DNA from: Alphaproteobacteria bacterium
GTDB taxonomy: Bacteria > Pseudomonadota > Alphaproteobacteria > RF32 > CAG-239
Length of the DNA: 64,000 bases
Assembly: GCA_017477185.1 (NCBI GenBank)
Contig: JAFUXF010000012.1
Location: 2,850-66,849 of the forward strand
Direction of reading: 5' to 3'
Positions 8,096-16,120 of the stretch are shown here, piece by piece (position 1 is the first letter of the stretch; every line of letters begins with the position of its first letter). Made by a program: the position numbers and the translations under genes. The notes beneath the pieces were generated by a model. The model ran no database searches and was not told the DNA's origin. It worked only from the letters and a program-made list of their open reading frames with translations.

Positions 8096-8677
8096 ATGAC
8101 AAAAGCATTAGAAAAAAAATTTGCAACCTTAGACAAGTACATTCCCGAAGAATTGAAAGAAGCGGCTCTCAATAAAAATTTAGAAAATTATAAAAATATC
8201 CTTATTCCAATGAACATCAGCCATTTACCTTTTAATTTCAAGCTTAATACACGTGGCGGTTGGATTTCTCCGGACGGAACATGGTATGTCGAATCTCTAT
8301 CAGCAGATCCTGATGTCGTTTTACGCCCTAAGCTTAAGGATTCTGCAAAATACAATCACAATCTACGCATACAAGCCTTTAAGGAAGGATGGGTAAGATT
8401 GGATTGGCAACAAGCAATAAGTTCTCGAAAGTTTGAAATAAAAGAAAGTTCTTCCAGGAAATTTATTATTACGCTTGATGGTAATACAAAAATCAATTAC
8501 AAATTGTTTTTAGCTATTCAAACTATAGCTATGGTTTATACCCTTGTTCAGGCAACAAAATTTACATATGAATTAAGGCTCGTCACAAAATATGAAGATA
8601 AAAAAATAACCCATAAAGCCGAACAATCTCAGGGATTTGAATTTTTTAACATTCAGCTTAACAAGATTCGCCGTTAG
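8096..8677 (+). CDS. hypothetical protein, coupled to the ankyrin gene
   Basis: 193-aa ORF that starts 4 nt after the ankyrin stop, with AAAGGAG upstream. Confidence 0.6.
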   Translation: MTKALEKKFATLDKYIPEELKEAALNKNLENYKNILIPMNISHLPFNFKLNTRGGWISPDGTWYVESLSADPDVVLRPKLKDSAKYNHNLRIQAFKEGWVRLDWQQAISSRKFEIKESSSRKFIITLDGNTKINYKLFLAIQTIAMVYTLVQATKFTYELRLVTKYEDKKITHKAEQSQGFEFFNIQLNKIRR

Positions 8678-9624
8678 TTCGTACTTTTAGGCTTGATAAC
8701 TTTAACTTCATTGCCCCAAGTATAAAGAAACCAATCCATTTCCCATTTACCTCCGGCTTTGAATTTAACCGTTAAACTGCCATCGGGATTTTCTGTTATT
8801 GTTTGTGTAGGGTGAAATACATAATTTTTAGCTTCTTCTGCAACTTTCGGACTAAACAGCCATTCAACATCAAAAGGCTTTTCATGATAGGCTCCGAAAG
8901 ACTCTTGTGCATATTTTTCAAGGCTAAATCCGTCATCGGGAGAAACATCAGGCAATATTTCAACTTCTATAATATTTTGCAAAGAATAATTGTGTGCACG
9001 CCCCTCATCCCAATTATCGCTATGTTTTGCAACTAAATAATGGTCTCTCTGTCCATATAAAAAGCCATAAGGGATTAATTGATAATTTGAAATATGACTA
9101 TCGGATTTCTTTTTATATTTTATTTTAATTTGATGACAGCTTAAAATAGCATGCCTGATTTGATTAATAAATTCAGGATTTATTTTTATTTGCGGTGCAG
9201 GTCGTAAAACTAACCCTTCCGCTTTCATAAGCTCTTCAGCATCTACTTCTACTCTGCGTTTTTGTTCCGGTTTAAGTAAATTACGAAGTTTTGATTCTAC
9301 TATTTGTAAAATATCTGCTTTTTCATCCATTCCTTGAGATTTTAATAAATCTTCTGCCGTCTTAAAAACAGATAACTCTAAGGGAGAAAATGAAATTAAA
9401 CTGTTTAAACTGCGTTGTGATATTCGCCACCGCTTTGTCCTCTCCCCCGTATCAACTTCTTCCATTTGCGGAAAACTATCTAATAATGCAGTTTTCATAC
9501 GTTCTGCTGTTCTACGCGAAACATCAAATTCTTTTTTAATTTCTTCTATTGATATACCCTCGCTCGTTTCTTGCATTTGCAAGGCTAGCTTAAATAAGTC
9601 AATTATTTTGCCATATGTTCCCAT
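8674..9624 (-). CDS. WYL-domain transcriptional regulator (HTH-WYL-WCX architecture)
   Basis: N-terminal HTH ISIEEIKKEFDVSRRTAERM. Central WYL-like region IKYKKKSDSHISNYQLIPYGFLYGQRDHYLVA. C-terminal beta-rich extension. Confidence 0.8.
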   Translation of the reverse strand: MGTYGKIIDLFKLALQMQETSEGISIEEIKKEFDVSRRTAERMKTALLDSFPQMEEVDTGERTKRWRISQRSLNSLISFSPLELSVFKTAEDLLKSQGMDEKADILQIVESKLRNLLKPEQKRRVEVDAEELMKAEGLVLRPAPQIKINPEFINQIRHAILSCHQIKIKYKKKSDSHISNYQLIPYGFLYGQRDHYLVAKHSDNWDEGRAHNYSLQNIIEVEILPDVSPDDGFSLEKYAQESFGAYHEKPFDVEWLFSPKVAEEAKNYVFHPTQTITENPDGSLTVKFKAGGKWEMDWFLYTWGNEVKVIKPKSTN

Positions 9625-9746
9625 TATTTCTCCTATTATAAAAAGGGCACTGTTTAAGGAGATTTTATAAGGTAATCTGACAGTGCCCGGATGTGTAAAG
9701 AATCAATTTTCCCTGTTTAGGAGATATTTATATATACTTTATAAGT

Positions 9747-9763
9747 ATGTCAATATCTGGCAC
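9747..9763. promoter_or_regulatory. operator-like palindrome ATGTCA-N5-TGGCAC upstream of the WYL gene
   Basis: Same motif family as 5290, 6992 and 10876. On the minus strand it reads TTGACA, 17 nt, TAAATA. Confidence 0.3.
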
Positions 9764-9886
9764 AAATCTTAAATATCCAATGCTTGACAATATATATTAT
9801 ATAATATCTGATATTTTGCTTTTGTTCTTTCAAACGTTCTATATGCTCGACAATTTCCAGTAACTTATCTGTTGATCCTTTCATCA

Positions 9887-10828
9887 TTATTTTCCCTTTA
9901 ATTGCTTAATAACCCAATCTCCTAACTGATGAGTTGTATAATCAGTACGATATTCCCATTTTTCTTTGTCGCAAATATTTCTCAAGGCTTCTTTGGTATT
10001 ACCGAATAGATTTCCTTCATTATCAACAACCTCTATTCTACCGTTTTTATATTTACGAATAGTATAATCTTCTCCGTACTTTATTTCTCTAAATTCACCG
10101 GTTACTACCTCATTTCTTCGAGATGAAACAGGTTTAACAAAGAAAAACAGAAATGCTTTCAGTGTATGCAATAAATATTCCGGTATCGGAGCAATTTTGC
10201 AGGAACGCTCTTTTTCCATCAAGTTTTCTATCATATTTTTTATAGTCCTACAACTTGTATTGTTCTCATCGGTACTATACCATGTTATCCAAGCAGATGA
10301 ATCATACGATTGTGTTGTAAGTTTTTGATATTCTTCTAAACATTTATCGCTATCCGGCGTTAAATAAATCATTACAATTTTGCTATTATTTTCGTTCTCT
10401 TTACGAGCATTAATAACCGCCTCATATTCTTCCTGTAATTGATTAGGTGTTACGGAATTTACCTTTGTTTTATTTTCTATGCAAAATTTAAATTCTTCAC
10501 TACCATTTTCCGAGTTTTCAAACACTAATTCAAAATCAATAGCACAAGTATTTTTATCTTCTCTTGCAACATTATACTTCGTTTCTAATCGAACCTTAAT
10601 ATCTTTATTTTCATATTTAAGCTGATTCTTATCTATAATATTCTTTAAAATTTCAGATAAATTATCTTTTTTTGCTTGTGCTTGTTCTAATGATGTTAAA
10701 AACTCGCATAAAAAGACATTTCCCAAACCATGATCTTCATTAGGATTTAGCAAATATGCTAAAAATGAACTGGTATTTTCTTCGTTAACCGCCCCCTTAC
10801 CTTGGCTTAAAGCTTTAAAAATATTCAT
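9887..10828 (-). CDS. PD-(D/E)XK nuclease family protein with extra C-terminal domain
   Basis: N-terminal ENTSSFLAYLLNPNEDHGLG. Core AIDFEL...FCIENKTK...QLQEEY matches the D...E-x-K...QL-x-x-Y pattern of PDDEXK-type proteins. AGGAGA RBS present. Confidence 0.7.
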   Translation of the reverse strand: MNIFKALSQGKGAVNEENTSSFLAYLLNPNEDHGLGNVFLCEFLTSLEQAQAKKDNLSEILKNIIDKNQLKYENKDIKVRLETKYNVAREDKNTCAIDFELVFENSENGSEEFKFCIENKTKVNSVTPNQLQEEYEAVINARKENENNSKIVMIYLTPDSDKCLEEYQKLTTQSYDSSAWITWYSTDENNTSCRTIKNMIENLMEKERSCKIAPIPEYLLHTLKAFLFFFVKPVSSRRNEVVTGEFREIKYGEDYTIRKYKNGRIEVVDNEGNLFGNTKEALRNICDKEKWEYRTDYTTHQLGDWVIKQLKGK

Positions 10829-10875
10829 GATGTATCTCCTAATTTATAAAAACAGCTTGTATATAGTTCATAACT

Positions 10876-10892
10876 TTGTCAGTATTTGACGC
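10876..10892. promoter_or_regulatory. operator-like palindrome TTGTCA-N5-TGACGC upstream of the nuclease gene
   Basis: Same motif family as 5290, 6992 and 9747. Confidence 0.3.
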
Positions 10893-10908
10893 ACATATAT
10901 ATTAAAAA

Positions 10909-11061
10909 CAGTCGCCATTAGGGCGACTGGGAGTTTGCAACTGCAGTATAACAGCATGAAGTTTTTAGCTTTACGCTTGGACATCACATCATCTCCCAGT
11001 CATGGGCTGGGAGAAGTGTTTTTGTTTTCGGTCTGCCTTCTCTTAATAAATTACCAGACCG
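10909..11061 (+). promoter_or_regulatory. GC-rich structured leader with mutually exclusive helices (attenuator- or riboswitch-like) or an sRNA
   Basis: Hairpin CAGTCGCC/GGCGACTG (10909-10929). GACTGGGAG (10925-33) can pair with CTCCCAGTC (10993-11001). CTCCCAG can alternatively pair with CTGGGAG (11007-13), which is followed by a T-rich run. A further hairpin is CGGTCTG/CAGACCG (11029-61). Confidence 0.4.
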
Positions 11062-11284
11062 TATACTGAGGAATTGCAAAGTTCCCGCCATTTAAGGCTA
11101 TGTTCACAATATCAAACCTGTTTGAAATGTCAAAAGCTATTTTTATGATTCAGTATATAATTTATATTTTATACTAAGTCCTTATTCTCCATACGATTTA
11201 ACACTTTAATCCGTGCCATCGTGAAAAAACTGATTATAATATATTTATAAAATACGTTTTTATAATCAGTCGTAAGGGTGAAGC

Positions 11285-11884
11285 ATGGCAATAGGTAAAC
11301 AAGCAAAAGTTTTGACAGATAAGCAACAACATCTTATTTTAACGCATTTAGACAATTCTCGTTACCCTTTACGCAATAAAATTATAGTTTTGTTGAGTTT
11401 CAAAGCCGGATTAAGAGCTAAAGAAATTGCAAATTTAACATGGGAGATGGTTTGCGACTCAGCCGGAAATATTGGAAATTCTTTAAATTTAACCAATAAA
11501 GCCTGTAAAGGTCAGCATTCCGGGCGAATTATTCCTATGCATACAGAACTTAAACATTTTTTGTCGCTATATCTTAATGAAGCTAAAGAAAAAACTTATT
11601 TTGACCTAGAAAAAAATGTGATAGGAAGTGAGAGAAATAACCACGTTTCTGCTCAAATGATTGTAAATTTCTTTCAAAACCTTTATAAAACCATTGGTTT
11701 TAGCGGTTGTTCCTCACATAGCGGCAGACGAACATTTATAACTAATGCCGCTAAAATCATAGGACAAGCCGGCGGTACATTAAATGATGTGAAATTATTA
11801 GCAGGGCATTCTTCTCTTAACACTACCCAACGCTATATTGAATATAATACCGAAGCTCAAAAACGTATTATTGAGAAGATTTAG
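11285..11884 (+). CDS. small tyrosine recombinase (catalytic domain only, 199 aa)
   Basis: Carries GLRAKEI (Arg I), HSGRRTF (H-x-x-R) and GHSSLNTTQRYIE (His/Tyr nucleophile). There is no N-terminal arm or SAM-like domain. Confidence 0.85.
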   Translation: MAIGKQAKVLTDKQQHLILTHLDNSRYPLRNKIIVLLSFKAGLRAKEIANLTWEMVCDSAGNIGNSLNLTNKACKGQHSGRIIPMHTELKHFLSLYLNEAKEKTYFDLEKNVIGSERNNHVSAQMIVNFFQNLYKTIGFSGCSSHSGRRTFITNAAKIIGQAGGTLNDVKLLAGHSSLNTTQRYIEYNTEAQKRIIEKI

Positions 11885-11887
11885 AAA

Positions 11888-12628
11888 TCACTTTTTCCTA
11901 TAAATAACCGTGATTTCTTTTGTAGAACTATTATATAATCCTTCTATTCCACTTGATAAAACTATTTCAAATTTACCATCAATTTCTATATACCTATCAT
12001 GAGAATTTTTATATATAAGCTTTTTACACTTTGTTAAGCTACAACTACGCCTAATATCTGAGATACACGCTTGCTCCTCTGGACACAAGTGTTGTGTATC
12101 TTTACAAATTTCATAATAAAAAGTTATATTAGGATTATTTTTTCTTAAATCCTTAAAAAAACTTTTGGTTAATTTAGCATTCTTAGGTAAAAACATATAT
12201 CTATCACAAACAACTACCTGTTTAGCTGAAGCACATAAAGATTTAATCATTTCAATGGCATTATTTCTGTCTTCTCGAATATTAAAAAACATACTATAGT
12301 TTTTCTTCAACTTACTTTCATTTATATTTACACACGGAAAGATATCATTGTTTGTTGTTAATTTTATTTTATAATCTGTCAAATCTAACAAATCTTTCTC
12401 ACTTTTACCATCAAAATTACTAGCTAAAATCTGAGATGCAACGGAGCTATCTTCTGTAGATATTTTATCCCAATAATTGATACGTTCCAATTGAGCTTTT
12501 GTTGTTAAAAAAGTAGGCTGATAAAGGCTAAAAAATTTTTGCACTAAATAAACATCAACAGTTTTTCCTGTTTTAAAATCATAATACAATTTCAACAAAT
12601 TATCGTCTAATAAAAGAGAGTAATTCAT
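11888..12628 (-). CDS. hypothetical protein, third gene of the DUF262/ATPase operon
   Basis: Start overlaps the ATPase stop. The C-terminal HDRYIEIDGKFEIVLSSGIEGL faintly resembles PLD-like/MIT_C-type HDR-x-I...G-x-G-l motifs. That assignment is weak. Confidence 0.6.
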   Translation of the reverse strand: MNYSLLLDDNLLKLYYDFKTGKTVDVYLVQKFFSLYQPTFLTTKAQLERINYWDKISTEDSSVASQILASNFDGKSEKDLLDLTDYKIKLTTNNDIFPCVNINESKLKKNYSMFFNIREDRNNAIEMIKSLCASAKQVVVCDRYMFLPKNAKLTKSFFKDLRKNNPNITFYYEICKDTQHLCPEEQACISDIRRSCSLTKCKKLIYKNSHDRYIEIDGKFEIVLSSGIEGLYNSSTKEITVIYRKK

Positions 12629-13782
12629 TAAGACATTTCCAAAAGTTCAGTTAATGTTGAATCAAAGAAACCACTAGGAAAAGCTACTTCTTTTTTATCA
12701 CTATTTATAAATTTTCCCTTTTCATTTATCTGTAAATTAATGAAATTATCTTTCAGGCTTTTTTTATAATATATATTAACATTTTCATTTTTTATATGCT
12801 TTTTAAAAACTTCATATCGAATTTTATTTATTAAATGTTCGCTATGTGTCTCCAAAATAACTTGAACTCCATTTTCTGCAAGAAAAGAAAAAAACATTCC
12901 TAATCGTGCTTGTGCTTTAGGATGTAAATGTATTTCTGGATTTTCTATTATAACAATATTTCCTTTTTTACATAAAAGGCATAAAATTAAAATTTTAATT
13001 AAATAACTATTTCCAGCTCCGACATTAACCGGATTAATTTTTGAAATACCATCTATATCAAAACTTAATTTTGCATTTTTATCATCAATTCTTTCTGTGT
13101 TTGCGGTTATGTCAATATCTAAAATTTCTTTTAGCCACATATCCACTTGATATGACAACGTATTACTACCTTCAAATTTTACCAATTCTGGGGAGACCTC
13201 TTGTGTTTTATGTGTCTCTAAAAAACCAATTAAATATTCTCCCATTTTACCAACTTTTTTAGATGCATCAACTAATGAAATATCTTCTGGACCGAGTCTG
13301 TTAGCCGACAAATAATATAAATTGTCCTCATAGGTAAATAAATTATTTTCAAAAAAGTCTTTGTTTTTCAAAAGATTGGATATTTCATCATTTTTTACAT
13401 TTTTATTATTATTGATGTGATTTAATAAAACACCTCTTAACTCTTTAGGTAATTGTTTTAAGGCGGCTATATTATGTTGTGGTTCATTTTCTGTATTAAT
13501 TCTATAATTATATACATATTCCTTATCGCATCTTGCTGTTATTTCTATGCTCTTTTCTTCTGTGTATTTATTTCGCACATCAACAAAATTTGAAAAAAAT
13601 GAAACATAATCATCTAAATTTGGATTAGCTGTTAAAGAGTACTTGTGCGACAATAATAATATGCTCTGTAATACAGATGATTTTCCTGTTGAATTCAATC
13701 CAGTAAATATTGTTAAATTATTCAACAAAAAGGTTTCTTCTGTAATATTTTTAAAATTTTTAATTTTAAGCTCTCTTAACAT
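12628..13782 (-). CDS. AAA/ABC-type ATPase with DUF3696-like C-terminus
   Basis: N-terminal LKIKNFKNI. Walker A GLNSTGKSS. Walker B-like IVIIENPEIHLHPKAQ, then ILETHSEHLINKI. Confidence 0.85.
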   Translation of the reverse strand: MLRELKIKNFKNITEETFLLNNLTIFTGLNSTGKSSVLQSILLLSHKYSLTANPNLDDYVSFFSNFVDVRNKYTEEKSIEITARCDKEYVYNYRINTENEPQHNIAALKQLPKELRGVLLNHINNNKNVKNDEISNLLKNKDFFENNLFTYEDNLYYLSANRLGPEDISLVDASKKVGKMGEYLIGFLETHKTQEVSPELVKFEGSNTLSYQVDMWLKEILDIDITANTERIDDKNAKLSFDIDGISKINPVNVGAGNSYLIKILILCLLCKKGNIVIIENPEIHLHPKAQARLGMFFSFLAENGVQVILETHSEHLINKIRYEVFKKHIKNENVNIYYKKSLKDNFINLQINEKGKFINSDKKEVAFPSGFFDSTLTELLEMS

Positions 13783-14903
13783 TATAACAAACCTTCCAAC
13801 ATTTTTTCGACAGCTTCAAATCTATATTTAATTGCTACATTTGAATCTATAATTCTCAAAATTCCCTGTTCATCCATATCCTGTTTTAACAGGTCAATCT
13901 TCTTTTTCAATTCAATTAATCCTATTTTATCTAAATTTATATTAAAACTAAATAAATATGCCAATATCTCAAATAGTCCCATATTAATCGGACGCTTTTG
14001 CGTACCTACTTTAGATCTTTTATCGAATCTAAAACCATCCTTTCCTAAAACCTTATGACAATTTCTCATTGCTGATTCAAAGGTTTGTTCTAGTTGCTCT
14101 ACTTCTTCATCTGAAAACTTATTAATTGCCTTCATAACATTTGCTAAAAAATCATCTATATCACTTTTGTACTCAACATCTATTTTATCTGTTCTATATA
14201 AATAAAAACCTAAATATCTTAATATCATATATCGGTCTTTCATTCTTGCTGTTGGCACCCCTCCTCCTGTTGCAAGAATAAAAAGGCGAGATTTAGCTAA
14301 CCGTTTTAATAATTCAGTTGATTTACCAAGGTACAAAGCATTTCTCATTTCCTGATTATTTAATTGCGTTCCCCCTCTATTAACTCTATCAAATATGTCA
14401 AATTTAACTCTTTCTGGGGTTGGTGGCTGAACAGTATATACTGTCACTTGGTAATCTTCTATTTTAGACTGTAAAACAGGCGGCAAATCCTTAAAATAAT
14501 AAGTATTATATTCACCTAAAATATTTAAATCACTCAATTTAAATTTATTATTCATAAATTTTGTAATACATGTAAGTCTTTGTCGCCCATCTACAACTTG
14601 GCGTACTCCTTTTTCATCTTCAAAAAAATATATAATAGGAATAGGTATCCCCATTATAATAGATTCTATCAATTCAGAATTTTGCTTATGGCTCCAAACA
14701 TTTTCCCTCTGAAATTCAGGATCTATAACTATAAATATATTTTCTGTTAATTTTCTTTTTAACTCATACAAACTATATGTATCTCTACTAAATTTAATAG
14801 AAATATTAGGATAATTTGTTTTTAAATTGTTTAGTGACTTATTATCTAAAGTCTCCTCACCCTCTAGATATGAATCTGTCCTTTGAAGTATATTTTCAGC
14901 CAT
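13782..14903 (-). CDS. DUF262 (ParB/Srx-like) domain protein
   Basis: IDPEFQRENVWSHKQNSELIESIIMGIPIPIIYF...VVDGRQRL matches the DGQQR-type motif. There is no DUF1524/HNH-like C-terminal domain. Confidence 0.85.
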   Translation of the reverse strand: MAENILQRTDSYLEGEETLDNKSLNNLKTNYPNISIKFSRDTYSLYELKRKLTENIFIVIDPEFQRENVWSHKQNSELIESIIMGIPIPIIYFFEDEKGVRQVVDGRQRLTCITKFMNNKFKLSDLNILGEYNTYYFKDLPPVLQSKIEDYQVTVYTVQPPTPERVKFDIFDRVNRGGTQLNNQEMRNALYLGKSTELLKRLAKSRLFILATGGGVPTARMKDRYMILRYLGFYLYRTDKIDVEYKSDIDDFLANVMKAINKFSDEEVEQLEQTFESAMRNCHKVLGKDGFRFDKRSKVGTQKRPINMGLFEILAYLFSFNINLDKIGLIELKKKIDLLKQDMDEQGILRIIDSNVAIKYRFEAVEKMLEGLL

Positions 14904-15102
14904 GTTTCATCCTTTAATATTTTCTTATCTTATATTTTGTTAAAAATCAAGAAATTCCTTATTTTATACACTCCAACACTGTATTTACAATAGATTTAAT
15001 TAAATCTTTATGAAAATGCAAGTTCTCATTAAAAATCTAGCTTCATATTCAATATTTCCTGCTCACATTTTGTTCTAATATCATCAAGTCTCTCCAGCCA
15101 AC

Positions 15103-15136
15103 AAAAAAAGGCCTCCCTTGCGGAGGCTTTTTTTTG
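15103..15136. terminator. bidirectional intrinsic terminator
   Basis: An A7 run, then GCCTCC-cttgc-GGAGGC, then a T9 run. Confidence 0.7.
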
Positions 15137-15145
15137 TTGAATTGT

Positions 15146-15300
15146 GTGTCGCGGAAAGAACCTACCAGGTTCGGAGCGGATAGTTGGTGAAAACGAGCTT
15201 TAATAGCGAAGTTTGAACCTTACAACGCGAGGAGGACCCGCTTTAGCGGGAGTACCCAATCAGGCAGCCGGAGCCAACACAGCCCACACCATCACCACCA
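15146..15300 (+). other. GC-rich structured non-coding element, related to 553-747
   Basis: Ordered shared k-mers are GTGTCGCG, AAGAACC, GGTTCG and ATAGCGAA. Hairpins are GAACC/GGTTC and CCCGC-TTTA-GCGGG. No ORF in any frame. It lies between the restriction-gene stop and the terminator. Confidence 0.35.
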
Positions 15301-15345
15301 GTATGTGAAAGCTGAGCTTAAGGAAGATTTAGCTAAAGTCGATGA

Positions 15346-16083
15346 TTAATCCAGTACTTCATACCAATCATCATCAAAATGTAAGGCATTTAAAACAGCC
15401 TCTCTATCTAAAACATTTGGGTGTTTAATTTGTATATGTAATCGATTACAAGGAATATCTTCAATAATCGTAAATTGACTACCACTTGGTTGCCAAGTAA
15501 ATTTATGAATATTTGACTTTTTTTCATAACCTTCTAAATTCCCTCTACTATTCCAGTTAAAATAATATAATTCAGGATCATAACGAACAGTATCAAATTC
15601 GAAAATTAAAAAATCCCTATAGTCTTTTGATTTCACAAGCACAACTGTACGCACAAATTTAAATACTTGCCGGACAGCTGAGACCCTTTCATTCCATATA
15701 GAAAGGACCATTTTACCTATTTCATTTGGCTCTGAACTTGTTATTTTATCTTGTCCAAAACTAAAAGTTGGAGAATTTCTTCCTGAAATTAATCGTACCT
15801 TTTCTTGACTACATATATTAGATTGCGAAAAAACTGTTTTAGCACCCCAACAACAATTGTTGAGTATAATATCATCTAAACCTACATTTGATGGTTTCCA
15901 CTCTGCGCCTACCGCTTCTGCAAAAATTTGTTCCCATTCATTGCCTTCTAAAGACATACATTTTTTCGTTGCCAGTAAATATACAATATTCTTTGCAAAC
16001 ACATTAATAAAGTGTTTAGGAAAGCTATTTAGTAAAAAAGGTGGAATAGCTTTATTCACTGTTCTTAATTTTGGTTCTAACAT
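15346..16083 (-). CDS. putative type II restriction endonuclease, partner of the adjacent C5-methyltransferase
   Basis: 245-aa ORF 37 nt downstream of the MTase gene, with an AAGGAGG RBS. The call rests on context only; I recognised no family. Confidence 0.5.
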   Translation of the reverse strand: MLEPKLRTVNKAIPPFLLNSFPKHFINVFAKNIVYLLATKKCMSLEGNEWEQIFAEAVGAEWKPSNVGLDDIILNNCCWGAKTVFSQSNICSQEKVRLISGRNSPTFSFGQDKITSSEPNEIGKMVLSIWNERVSAVRQVFKFVRTVVLVKSKDYRDFLIFEFDTVRYDPELYYFNWNSRGNLEGYEKKSNIHKFTWQPSGSQFTIIEDIPCNRLHIQIKHPNVLDREAVLNALHFDDDWYEVLD

Positions 16084-16120
16084 AAGATGCCTCCTTTATA
16101 AGCATCTTAGCATAGTAATT

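Noticed and set aside
10909-15300. Idea that the GC-rich elements at about 10.9-11.1 kb and 15.1-15.3 kb are inverted repeats flanking a segment invertible by the small tyrosine recombinase
   Set aside because: Comparing one element with the reverse complement of the other by eye showed no shared sequence.
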